Origin: Candidatus Cloacimonadales bacterium
Lineage (GTDB): Bacteria > Cloacimonadota > Cloacimonadia > Cloacimonadales > JAIOQZ01
DNA length: 64,000 bases
Reading direction: 5' to 3'
NCBI GenBank assembly: GCA_963674825.1
Contig: OY771587.1
Span: 1 to 64,000, forward strand
The notes beneath the pieces were generated by a model. That model saw nothing but the letters and a program-made list of their open reading frames with translations. It was not told where the DNA came from and did no database searches. Both the position numbers and the translations under genes were made by a program. Below are positions 1 through 8,687 of the stretch, piece after piece. Positions within the stretch are counted from its first letter, which is position 1, and each line of letters starts with the position of its first letter.

Positions 1-788
1 TCCAGATCAAGCTCAACGCCGAGATCTCCACGAGCAACCATGATTCCGTCGGCATAGCGGATGATTTCATCCAGCTTCTCGATCGCCTGTTTGCTTTCAA
101 TCTTTGCTATAATCAGGATTCCCGATTGATCGTTTTCTTCACGCACCAGATTGCGAACCTTGAAGATATCTTCCGCCGAGCGGACAAACGAGAGTGCGAT
201 AAATTCCAGGTCCTTGCGTACAGCATATCGTATATCATTGATATCTTTTGTGGAGAGGAATGGTAACGGGTAGTCCATGCCGGGAATTGTCAAATGTGCT
301 CTTGGGCGCAAAATGCCACTGTTGCTTAGTTGTATCTTGATCATATCACCCGAAGCTTCTATGATTATTGACTCAATGTAACCGTCCATAAGCAACGCTT
401 TCTTGAATCCCTTTGCATGCTTGCCGATATTTGCAAGATTGGTATATAGTAACGATTTCGATCCACTCGAGGATTGCTCGAGGTCCTTTCCAGAATAGCT
501 CTGAATTTCCAGGACATCACCCGAATGCAGTTCTATCTCCTCATCGTAACCATACACACGCACTTCGGGGCCTTTGGTATCAAGCATGAGGGCAAGCGGG
601 ATACCCCGTTCGTTACGGATCGTGTCCATCAACTCAATGATCTCGTCACCATCCCCGGGACTCATATGAGAAAAGTTCATACGAACTACGTCCATCCCAT
701 TGTCGATAAGCTTCTCCAGGAATTCGCGATTAGCCCGTTTCGGATTAATTGTACAGACGATCTTTGTCTTTGCACCACCGTATATCAT
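1..788 (-). CDS. pyk: Pyruvate kinase, 5' part (runs off the window start; missing from the ORF track)
   Basis: Manual translation from ATG at 788: MIYGGAKTKIVCTINP...GMDVVRMNFSH...MLDTKGPEVR...IIAKIE...DGIMVARGDLGVE. Confidence 0.93.
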   Translation of the reverse strand, partial: MIYGGAKTKIVCTINPKRANREFLEKLIDNGMDVVRMNFSHMSPGDGDEIIELMDTIRNERGIPLALMLDTKGPEVRVYGYDEEIELHSGDVLEIQSYSGKDLEQSSSGSKSLLYTNLANIGKHAKGFKKALLMDGYIESIIIEASGDMIKIQLSNSGILRPRAHLTIPGMDYPLPFLSTKDINDIRYAVRKDLEFIALSFVRSAEDIFKVRNLVREENDQSGILIIAKIESKQAIEKLDEIIRYADGIMVARGDLGVELDL

Positions 789-1140
789 TGAACTTCTCCC
801 CTCGTTGTTGATGATCAAGTCACGTAATACCTCTACAAGTCAGTAAGAAATGTCACGCGCCTCAATTTGACAAGAAAAAAAAGCTGTGAAATCGTTCGTT
901 ACTGTATTAGTTTTTATTTTGGTATATGCACACATCGAATTTTAACACAATTTCCTCGTTTTCAATGGTCTCTTTGAGCAGAGGATTGATTCGATATGCC
1001 GTGCCATTCCAAATATCTCTACTCGGTGGTAATATGCCATCTGAAAAATGATTACAGTAAGAATCCAAAATAAAAAAAACTTGATAAGACTGACCTACTT
1101 TTTAGTGTCGGTACAATATACACGATGAATCGAGGTGGAT

Positions 1141-1953
1141 ATGCCCAAAGGGAAGCAACAATATCAGTATAGTACAATTAAAAAGTACGAACGCGGCGAG
1201 ATCGTCATTCGCGAAGGCGAAGTGGGCGATGAAGTATTCATTATCCGTAAGGGACAGGCAAAGATTGTTAAAACAGATGCCCAGGGAAATGAACTGGTGA
1301 TCGACATCGTCTCTGAAGGTAAGGTTTTCGGCGAAATGGGATTTATTCTGGAACAACCACGATCCCGCACCGTACGCGCACTTACAGAACTCGAGGTCGA
1401 AATCATCGATCCCCGTGTTTTCGGCGAGCTATATAAGCTCGAATTCGGACAGATGATCCGTCCGATCATTCAAACCATGGCGGAGCGCCTTCGCTTTACC
1501 GATATGCGGCTGGCCGAGCTCGAAACAGAGCGTATCTTCTACGCTCCGGTCAACGAAGACCGGCAGAAAGGATGGTCATTAACGCTTCGCGCCAATTCAG
1601 CCGTAGCTGTAGAAGCTCTTGCCGGAAAATCCAGCGTCGAAATCAATACCTTCCCGGTTTATGTAGGACGCTATACCCGTCGTCGCGCTGATGATCTCTT
1701 CCATTCCAACAATCTCTTCCTGCATGACGAACCGCCCTATACGATATCGCGCTCACATTTCTCGATCATCCCGTTCCACAACGACCTCTACTTCTATGAT
1801 CGCGGCAGTACCCTTGGGACAATCGTCAACGGCGAGCAGATTGGTGGTATGAGCCGGCAAAAAAAGACACTCCTGAAGTTTGGAGAAAATGATCTGATTA
1901 TCGGCGGAGAGAAATCCAAGCTGGTTTTCAAGCTGATCACAAGACTCGATTAA
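1141..1953 (+). CDS. Cyclic-nucleotide-binding domain + FHA domain protein
   Basis: N-terminal CNBD (IREGEVGDEVFII...GKVFGEMG...PRSRTVRA); C-terminal FHA (VGR...ISRSH...STLGTIVNG); GAGGTGG RBS before ATG 1141. Confidence 0.85.
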   Translation: MPKGKQQYQYSTIKKYERGEIVIREGEVGDEVFIIRKGQAKIVKTDAQGNELVIDIVSEGKVFGEMGFILEQPRSRTVRALTELEVEIIDPRVFGELYKLEFGQMIRPIIQTMAERLRFTDMRLAELETERIFYAPVNEDRQKGWSLTLRANSAVAVEALAGKSSVEINTFPVYVGRYTRRRADDLFHSNNLFLHDEPPYTISRSHFSIIPFHNDLYFYDRGSTLGTIVNGEQIGGMSRQKKTLLKFGENDLIIGGEKSKLVFKLITRLD

Positions 1954-1959
1954 TACAGT

Positions 1960-2010
1960 AACGCTCATTCCAATTTCCCGATTTCAAGACGTTGGAATGA
2001 GCGTTTTTTT
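1960..2010 (+). terminator. Intrinsic terminator between convergent genes
   Basis: aacgctcattccaa...ttggaatgagcgtt stem followed by a T run. Confidence 0.7.
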
Positions 2011-2584
2011 ATGACTGAAAAGCCGCAAGCAACGTTGGTGTATTGAGATTTTCCAGCACGCTCTGATCCTCTACTTTTACCACGTTGGTGTTCTGTACCA
2101 TCTCACGCAGGATGGAGCTTGGATCCATGTCGAGAATCCGTTGCCCCATATGCGGATGAAAAACGAGCGGGTGACCGGGAAGCAATTCACCATCAATTTG
2201 TACTCCAGGCTGCATGATAAGGCAGTCGAATCTCCAGGCATCAAGTAGTCGCTCATACACATCCACGGAGACACCTGGCTGATCCACCATTTGCAACAGG
2301 ATGGGATTTTTACCACTCACATGCCTGAACCCTTCTTGGACGGATGAGAACATCCCCCTTTCATGCTGTTCGTTATACGCAACGATGACCTTATCCCGAA
2401 CTCCAAGTACTTCACGAATCAAATCGTGATTATTACCTGTAACTACGATCAGCTTCTCGCTTATCGGCAAGATCTTCTTCAGATGGATTTCGATGCAGAC
2501 CTCACCACCAATCTCCATCAACGCCTTGTCCGATCCCATACGGCTGGACTTCCCGGCTGCAAGAATAACGGTATCGAACTTCAT
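2009..2584 (-). CDS. MobA/MocA-like nucleotidyltransferase
   Basis: VILAAGKSSRMGSDKAL, GMFSSVQEG, VDQP, GHP, NLNTP motifs. Confidence 0.85.
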   Translation of the reverse strand: MKFDTVILAAGKSSRMGSDKALMEIGGEVCIEIHLKKILPISEKLIVVTGNNHDLIREVLGVRDKVIVAYNEQHERGMFSSVQEGFRHVSGKNPILLQMVDQPGVSVDVYERLLDAWRFDCLIMQPGVQIDGELLPGHPLVFHPHMGQRILDMDPSSILREMVQNTNVVKVEDQSVLENLNTPTLLAAFQS

Positions 2585-3117
2585 TTGATCAGCTTGGATA
2601 TTTTACGGAATGCCGGATGGCTCGCATCCTCCATGATCTCGAAAAGCAGCATTTCGGTAGTGACTATCTGGCAGCCATTCTGCCGCATCCGGTCGAGCGC
2701 AATATCCTTACTGTGCGGTGCGCGAGAACTTACCGCGTCGCTGACTACCATTACGTTCATCCCATAGCGAATCATGTCCAGCGCGCTCTGCATTACGCAA
2801 ACATGCGCTTCGATGCCAAACAGCACGATCCAGGATGGATCAATCTCAAAAATCGAACGCCTGATATCATCGTCGCAGATGCTAAAACGGGTCTTCTCGA
2901 AGCGTAGAGCGTTCTCTGGCTGGTAAATCTCGGCCATGGTTTTGCCCAGTCCCTCTGGATATTGCTCGGTTATCAGCAGCTTCACATCAAGCAGTTCCGA
3001 AGCACGCGTAAGGATATCACAATTGCGTAAAACCATGTCCATATCATGAATAGCAGGACGGAAGCGTTCCTGCACATCGATCATTACAAAAAGGGCATTG
3101 TCCGCTTTAATTTTCAT
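2581..3117 (-). CDS. Isochorismatase-family cysteine hydrolase
   Basis: IDVQERF, TEQYPEGLG, EKTRFS, GIEAHVCV, DAVSSR; GGAGG RBS before ATG 3117. Confidence 0.88.
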   Translation of the reverse strand: MKIKADNALFVMIDVQERFRPAIHDMDMVLRNCDILTRASELLDVKLLITEQYPEGLGKTMAEIYQPENALRFEKTRFSICDDDIRRSIFEIDPSWIVLFGIEAHVCVMQSALDMIRYGMNVMVVSDAVSSRAPHSKDIALDRMRQNGCQIVTTEMLLFEIMEDASHPAFRKISKLIK

Positions 3118-3229
3118 TATTCCTCCACATAAACGTTGACACATTTACCTGAACCGTCAATTCGTTATCTACTGGCACTTAATCATCGTGCCAAGAGGTT
3201 TGTCAATGGATTTTGGAGGTTGAACCATT

Positions 3230-4885
3230 ATGACACCCGGTGACTACAGTTCGAACCGTGAAGTTGCAAAACTGCTGGATGGCATTCGCCAGCAGATCAA
3301 TAAATTTGCAGGCGACCAGCTTTCGCACATAGATCGTCTGCGCGAGATTGGTATCGCGCTCTCAGCCGAAACCAATCTCGATAAGATCTTCGATATGATT
3401 CTCGAAGAGGCGATATCGTACACCAACGCTGATGGTGCAACCATCTATTCTGTATCGAAGGATAAATCGTTCCTCGATTTCCGCGTTGTGTACAACCGTA
3501 CCATGAATCTTCGCATGGGTGGTACCCACGGACCCATTTCCTGGCCGAGTATCGCGCTTTATCAGCCTGACGGCACCAAACAGCTTCGTAACATGGCAAC
3601 ATACGTCGCACACAAGTGCACCGCACAGCGAATCGAAGACGTCTATAATCAGGAGCTCTTCGATAACAGCGGCACCCGGAAGATGGATCAGACGAACAAC
3701 TACCGCTCCAAATCGATGATGGCGTTCCCGCTGAAAGATCACGAGCAGGAAGTCCTTGGCGTGGTGCAGCTCATTAACGCGATGAACGACGAAGGCGAAG
3801 TCATCAGCTTCACCGACGAACACATGGCCATGTTGAACGCCCTGGCATCCTTCGCAGCGATATCCATGACAAACAAGAAGCTGGTAGAGGGCCTCGAGAC
3901 CCTCTTGAACCAGTTCATCCGCTCGATTGCAGGCGCGATCGACCGCAAATCGAAGTACACCGGCGGACACATTGAGCGCGTCGCCAAGCTCACAGAAGCT
4001 ATCGCAGAAACCATCCAGCGAGATAAAAAAGGGCATTTCAAGGACACGCATTTCACAGACGACGAGATGAACGAAATCAGTATCTCCGGGTGGATGCACG
4101 ACCTTGGAAAGATCATCACACCCGAGCATATCATGGACAAAGCAACTAAGCTGGAAGCGCTCTTCGATCGCATCGAACTGGTTCGTACGAGATTCGAGTT
4201 GGTTGAAGCCGTTATCGAAAAGGATCTCCTTAAAGCCGAAGGCGAGCAGAAAACGAAGCTGGAAGCGCTGATAAAAGAACTGCAATCGGATTTCGAATTC
4301 ATCGAGCAAACCAATTTCGGCGGAGAGTTCATGAAGGACGAAGATTTGATGCGAGTCGAAAAGATTTATCAATTCCAGTATAAATCGAACGATAAGCACT
4401 ACTTCCTTCTGAACGAGAGCGAGAAAAACAATCTTTGCGTACGTCGCGGAACGCTGATGCCGGAAGAATTCAGCATCATGCGCGATCATGCACAGGTCAC
4501 AAGCGAAATGCTGAACGAACTGACCTTCCCAAAGAAATACAAGAACGTCCCGCTCTACGCGTCGTCGCACCATGAGAAGCTCAACGGTAAAGGCTACCCA
4601 CGCCAGCTCGATGAAGCGAATCTACCTTTGCAGGCTCGTATCATCTCCATCGCGGACCTCTTCGAAGCGCTTACCGCATCCGACAGACCATATAAAAAAG
4701 GCAAAAAGCTCACAGAAACCATGCGCATCATGGGATTCATGGCGAAGGATCGCGAGATCGATAAGGATATCCTCGATCTGCTCATCGATTCCAAACTCTA
4801 TCTGGCTTACGCGCATGACTTCCTGAAGCCGGACCAGATCGACATCATCGACGTAGAGAAGATAAAATCGCTTTATCACGGGTAG
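3230..4885 (+). CDS. GAF + HD-GYP cyclic-dinucleotide phosphodiesterase
   Basis: GAF (GVVQLIN...F), YTGGHIERV, HDLGK, HHEKLNGKGYP, ADLFEALTASDRPYK. Confidence 0.9.
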   Translation: MTPGDYSSNREVAKLLDGIRQQINKFAGDQLSHIDRLREIGIALSAETNLDKIFDMILEEAISYTNADGATIYSVSKDKSFLDFRVVYNRTMNLRMGGTHGPISWPSIALYQPDGTKQLRNMATYVAHKCTAQRIEDVYNQELFDNSGTRKMDQTNNYRSKSMMAFPLKDHEQEVLGVVQLINAMNDEGEVISFTDEHMAMLNALASFAAISMTNKKLVEGLETLLNQFIRSIAGAIDRKSKYTGGHIERVAKLTEAIAETIQRDKKGHFKDTHFTDDEMNEISISGWMHDLGKIITPEHIMDKATKLEALFDRIELVRTRFELVEAVIEKDLLKAEGEQKTKLEALIKELQSDFEFIEQTNFGGEFMKDEDLMRVEKIYQFQYKSNDKHYFLLNESEKNNLCVRRGTLMPEEFSIMRDHAQVTSEMLNELTFPKKYKNVPLYASSHHEKLNGKGYPRQLDEANLPLQARIISIADLFEALTASDRPYKKGKKLTETMRIMGFMAKDREIDKDILDLLIDSKLYLAYAHDFLKPDQIDIIDVEKIKSLYHG

Positions 4886-4887
4886 CT

Positions 4888-5634
4888 ATGCCGAATCAAC
4901 TTACGCATAATCAGGTCAAGTTTCTCGCCAGTCTCAGCCAGAAGAAGAATCGGATCGAGCATGGCAGGACTGTCGTCGAGGGCGTTCGTGTCCTCAAACA
5001 ACTGCTGGACAATGGTCTTTGCCCTGATGAAATCTATATCACACACGAAAAACCGGAGTATGCGGACATCCTGAGAAAAGCGGCCTCCGCTCCAGTGTTT
5101 GAGCTTAACACGCGAGAATTTAATCGCATTACGGACACCCTTTCACCACAGGGAATCGCAGCCCTCTTCCCTATTGAACAGAGCACACTTGAGAAACGCA
5201 ATTTTCTGCTTTATCTGGATCACATAAGCGATCCGGGTAATATGGGCGCAATCATGCGAACCGCAGCAGCCGCAGGCGTTGATGGCGTAGTGCTGTCTCC
5301 AGAATGCTGCGAGTTGAGCAACCCCAAGGTTATCCGATCGTCGCTGGGAGCATCCCTCTTCATGCCATCGGAAGTCCATGACCCTAGCTGGCTATCCAGC
5401 TTCGACTACGTCTATGCTGCTGACGCGAGTGGCGAGGATGTCTTCACGAACGACAATCTCCTCTACCCCATCATTCTGGTGATCGGTTCCGAAGCGCACG
5501 GCTTGTCCGAAGAAGTAAAATCGCTCTGTGATAAAACTCTATCCATCCCGATGACAAATCGCATGGAATCGCTCAACGCCGCCGTATCGACTGCGGTTCT
5601 TATCTACGAGATTCGACGAAAGAACACTCGATGA
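4888..5634 (+). CDS. TrmH/SpoU-family RNA 2'-O-methyltransferase
   Basis: DPGNMGAIMRTA, IGSEAHG, IPM...ESLNAAV SPOUT motifs. Confidence 0.92.
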   Translation: MPNQLTHNQVKFLASLSQKKNRIEHGRTVVEGVRVLKQLLDNGLCPDEIYITHEKPEYADILRKAASAPVFELNTREFNRITDTLSPQGIAALFPIEQSTLEKRNFLLYLDHISDPGNMGAIMRTAAAAGVDGVVLSPECCELSNPKVIRSSLGASLFMPSEVHDPSWLSSFDYVYAADASGEDVFTNDNLLYPIILVIGSEAHGLSEEVKSLCDKTLSIPMTNRMESLNAAVSTAVLIYEIRRKNTR

Positions 5635-6599
5635 TCTTCGATAATAAAATCTGGCTGGCCCCGCTGGCAGGTTTCACAGACCAACCCTTCCGAACCATCT
5701 GCAAAGAAAACGGCGCCGATATCATGGTGACCGAGATGGTAAGCGCGGACGGCCTGGTTTACGACGAATCCCGCAGCATCCAGTATGCCGATTTCCTCGA
5801 GTCGCATCGTCCTCTCGGCATCCAGCTTTTCGGCAATGATCCCGCCATCATGGCAGATGCGGCCCTATTGATAGCCCTGAAGCGCAAACCCGATTTCATC
5901 GACGTGAACATGGGCTGCCCAGTGAAGAAAGTGGTCAATCGCGGCGCAGGATCAGCGCTGATGAAGACACCGGAGCATGCCGGGAAGATCATCGCAGCCA
6001 TAAAAAACGCGCTACGAGAAATCGGCATCCCACTGACCGTCAAGATCCGTAGCGGATGGGACCACGAGCATATCAACGCAGTGGAAGTCGCCTCTCTTCT
6101 TGCTGATTCCGGCGCAGACGTGATCGCGGTTCACGCCCGGACGCGCAACCAAATGTATAGTGGAAGTGCAGACTGGAAAATTATTGCATCTGTGAAGCAG
6201 GCAATCACAGTGCCGGTGGTAGGCAATGGCGACATTCGCACACCACAAGACGCTATGCGCATGCAAGAGGAAACCGGGTGCGACTCAGTGATGATTGGTC
6301 GTGGAGCGCTTGGAAATCCGTGGCTGTTCAAGCAAGTGCACGATTTTCGCTTGACAGGCGAATTTAATGAGGTATCGTATCTTGAGAAATATACGGTCAT
6401 TAAGCGGCATTATCTGTCGGCAATCAATTACTATGGAACCGGCCGTGGAATCCGCGAAATGAGAACGCATCTTCATGATTACACAAAGGGTTACAGAGGT
6501 GGAGCCGCTGTCAGGCAAGCGATCAATCGGTGCGAAGACCCCGAGCAAGTGTTGACCTGGATCGCCGATCTGCTGCAAGTGCCACAAGACGAAAGATAA
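5631..6599 (+). CDS. dusB: tRNA-dihydrouridine synthase B
   Basis: LAPLAG, DVNMGCP, GAGSALM, VKIRSGWD, HART, GNGDI, MIGRG.LGNPW. Confidence 0.92.
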   Translation: MIFDNKIWLAPLAGFTDQPFRTICKENGADIMVTEMVSADGLVYDESRSIQYADFLESHRPLGIQLFGNDPAIMADAALLIALKRKPDFIDVNMGCPVKKVVNRGAGSALMKTPEHAGKIIAAIKNALREIGIPLTVKIRSGWDHEHINAVEVASLLADSGADVIAVHARTRNQMYSGSADWKIIASVKQAITVPVVGNGDIRTPQDAMRMQEETGCDSVMIGRGALGNPWLFKQVHDFRLTGEFNEVSYLEKYTVIKRHYLSAINYYGTGRGIREMRTHLHDYTKGYRGGAAVRQAINRCEDPEQVLTWIADLLQVPQDER

Positions 6600-6600
6600 T

Positions 6601-7527
6601 ATGGACGATATTCAAAATTTACTTTGGCAAGCGAAATTCGAACGCAAGCGCAATTGGCTGCATGCGGTACGCATTTTGGAAGAGTCGCTGGAGGTGCATG
6701 ACCACGATCCGGTGATTCTCACCGAAATGGGTGATATCTACACAGGCAGAAAGCTATACAAGAAAGCTATCGAAGTCTATCAGAAAGCGCTCGAGAAGGA
6801 TCAGAAAAATCCTAACCTGCTCTTTAAGATCGCCAACTGCTACCTTTCCATGAACGAGATGAACATTGCGCTCTATTATTACGACCAGATGGGCGATCCC
6901 TTCCCGGAAGCCAAGTATAACAAGGCAATCGCGCTTTCCCGTGTGAACCGAGTTGAAGAGAGCATCATATTGCTGGAAGAACTCATCCAGATCAATCCCG
7001 ATTCGGAGCTACCTTACTTCTTCCTCGTCGAGCAATACCTGTCGCAAAAAAATTACGATCAAGCTATCGACAGGCTGAACCTCACCGAGAAGATTTTCGG
7101 AAAGTCGGGTAAAATCTCGTTTCTGCGTGGGATATCCTATACTTACGAAAAGAACTGGCTCAAGGCATATATCGAGTTTCAGGACGCGGAGAAGCTGAAG
7201 TATTCTTCCGCCAATTTCTACCGTGCATACGGCATTACCAGCGAAAAGATCGGCAAGTCGGAGCAGGCTATCGATTACCTTCTGAAGAGCATCCGCAAGG
7301 AACCCTTCAATATCACGACCTATCTTGATCTGATCAATATATACATCGCACACGAACGGCTTCTGGAGGCGCATCGAATCGTCGAACACGCCCGAAAAAT
7401 CGGCCCGTTCTCCTCAGCGCTCTCGCTCATTCACAACAAGATTCTGCACCTGATTAAAACCAAATACGGCACGACCGACTTCCTGCAGAAGCTTTCGGAT
7501 GAGCAAGATGACGATGAAACTATTTGA
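6601..7527 (+). CDS. Tetratricopeptide-repeat protein
   Basis: Repeated TPR helical pattern (AIEVYQKALEKD, AIDYLLKSIRKEP); starts 1 nt after the dusB stop. Confidence 0.8.
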   Translation: MDDIQNLLWQAKFERKRNWLHAVRILEESLEVHDHDPVILTEMGDIYTGRKLYKKAIEVYQKALEKDQKNPNLLFKIANCYLSMNEMNIALYYYDQMGDPFPEAKYNKAIALSRVNRVEESIILLEELIQINPDSELPYFFLVEQYLSQKNYDQAIDRLNLTEKIFGKSGKISFLRGISYTYEKNWLKAYIEFQDAEKLKYSSANFYRAYGITSEKIGKSEQAIDYLLKSIRKEPFNITTYLDLINIYIAHERLLEAHRIVEHARKIGPFSSALSLIHNKILHLIKTKYGTTDFLQKLSDEQDDDETI

Positions 7528-7599
7528 CATCATCAAATAATTTTCTTACCTTGTCTCAAAGATCATTGTAATCTGATAACACGATACATGGAGTGTGAC

Positions 7600-8604
7600 A
7601 TGAGAAAATACGTGCTGATGCTGCCAATATTACTGGCGGCGTTACTGCTGCAAGCTGCACAGCTGAACGTGGTCGGGGAGGTATTCTCCACCGTTTGTGA
7701 TGGTTGCGGTGGTGACTATTCTGTAGCGCGGTCGGCGCTCATTCAACTTTCTCAAGAATATCCATTCATCATTCCGGTGATATGGAACATGACCGATGAA
7801 ACTTCACCCGGCAGTGTGGATCGTTTTGAGTGGTATGAATCCACGGAAGATCCGTACTCGGCTTGGGGCGGCAGTCTCTTCTACGGAGGAGATTATGACG
7901 TTATCAACACGTTTTATGATTACTACATGGAGCTTGTAGGCGTACAGCCTCCGATGAAAATCTCGTCGCAAATGACAGTCAGCGGCGGAAGAGACACATC
8001 CGTTCTCATCGATTCAGATGTCGAGTTGTACGAAGATATCATTGCATCCGATGTGCGGATTTTCTTCCTGCTGACCTATCACGACCTGACGAATTACCAT
8101 GGCGTAGTGCTCGATAAGTCAGAAGAATCTGAGCTGCTCTCTTACACAGGCGGTTCGGTGACGAACTATGTCTATGAGTTCCCGGTTCTCGACGAATGGG
8201 AATTGGACAGATTACGAGGCGTGGTGATCGTACAGGACTGGAATTCTAAGGAAATTCTCCAGGCTTCCCAGGCAGAGATCGTGCTCGCAAATGACGAAGA
8301 AGATGTCGTGCCTCCTAGCGCGATGGACGTTCGGGTTTATCCCAATCCGTTCAACCCGGAGACGAACATCTCCTTCAATGTCACCGAGCTTGATCGCAAC
8401 AAAGAAGTAACCGTCGATGTGTTCAACATCCGAGGCCAGAAGGTTCGCAGCCTGTACCGGGGCATCCCGACTTCAGAGACTACTACCCTGTCCTGGAATG
8501 GTACGGATGAAAATGGCAGAAATGTCGGAAGCGGAGTTTACTACGCGGTCGTTCTTGTTCCTGGCCGCTCAACGAATGTCAAAAAGATGATTCTGTTGAA
8601 ATAA
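7600..8604 (+). CDS. Secreted Omp28/thioredoxin-like (CxxC) protein with FlgD-Ig/T9SS-like C-terminal domain
   Basis: Signal peptide; GEVFSTVCDGC; VVIVQDWNSKEILQA (Omp28-like end); YPNPFNPET...GSGVYY...KKMILLK. Confidence 0.72.
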   Translation: MRKYVLMLPILLAALLLQAAQLNVVGEVFSTVCDGCGGDYSVARSALIQLSQEYPFIIPVIWNMTDETSPGSVDRFEWYESTEDPYSAWGGSLFYGGDYDVINTFYDYYMELVGVQPPMKISSQMTVSGGRDTSVLIDSDVELYEDIIASDVRIFFLLTYHDLTNYHGVVLDKSEESELLSYTGGSVTNYVYEFPVLDEWELDRLRGVVIVQDWNSKEILQASQAEIVLANDEEDVVPPSAMDVRVYPNPFNPETNISFNVTELDRNKEVTVDVFNIRGQKVRSLYRGIPTSETTTLSWNGTDENGRNVGSGVYYAVVLVPGRSTNVKKMILLK

Positions 8605-8622
8605 AACAATCTAGATACATTG

Positions 8623-8657
8623 AAGCGCCCCCATGAATTCATGAGGGCGCTTTCTTT
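8623..8657. terminator. Probably bidirectional terminator
   Basis: aagcgccc-ccatgaattcatga-gggcgctt hairpin plus T run between convergent genes. Confidence 0.7.
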
Positions 8658-8687
8658 TACGCCAGTTGTCTATCCTGAACGTTTACG

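Noticed and set aside
897..1963. 13-bp inverted repeat (cgttactgtatta / taatacagtaacg) bracketing the CNBD-FHA gene
   Set aside because: A 13-bp match is expected by chance in a window of this size; no transposase or target duplication was seen.
3173..3193. TGGCAC-N9-GTGCCA palindrome upstream of the HD-GYP gene as a sigma54 promoter
   Set aside because: There is no GC at the -12 position on either strand; it may be a hairpin or operator but is a single unsupported instance.
7690..7715. Possible selenocysteine in the CxxC motif of the Omp28-like protein
   Set aside because: The in-frame codons are TGT and TGC; the TGA there is out of frame.
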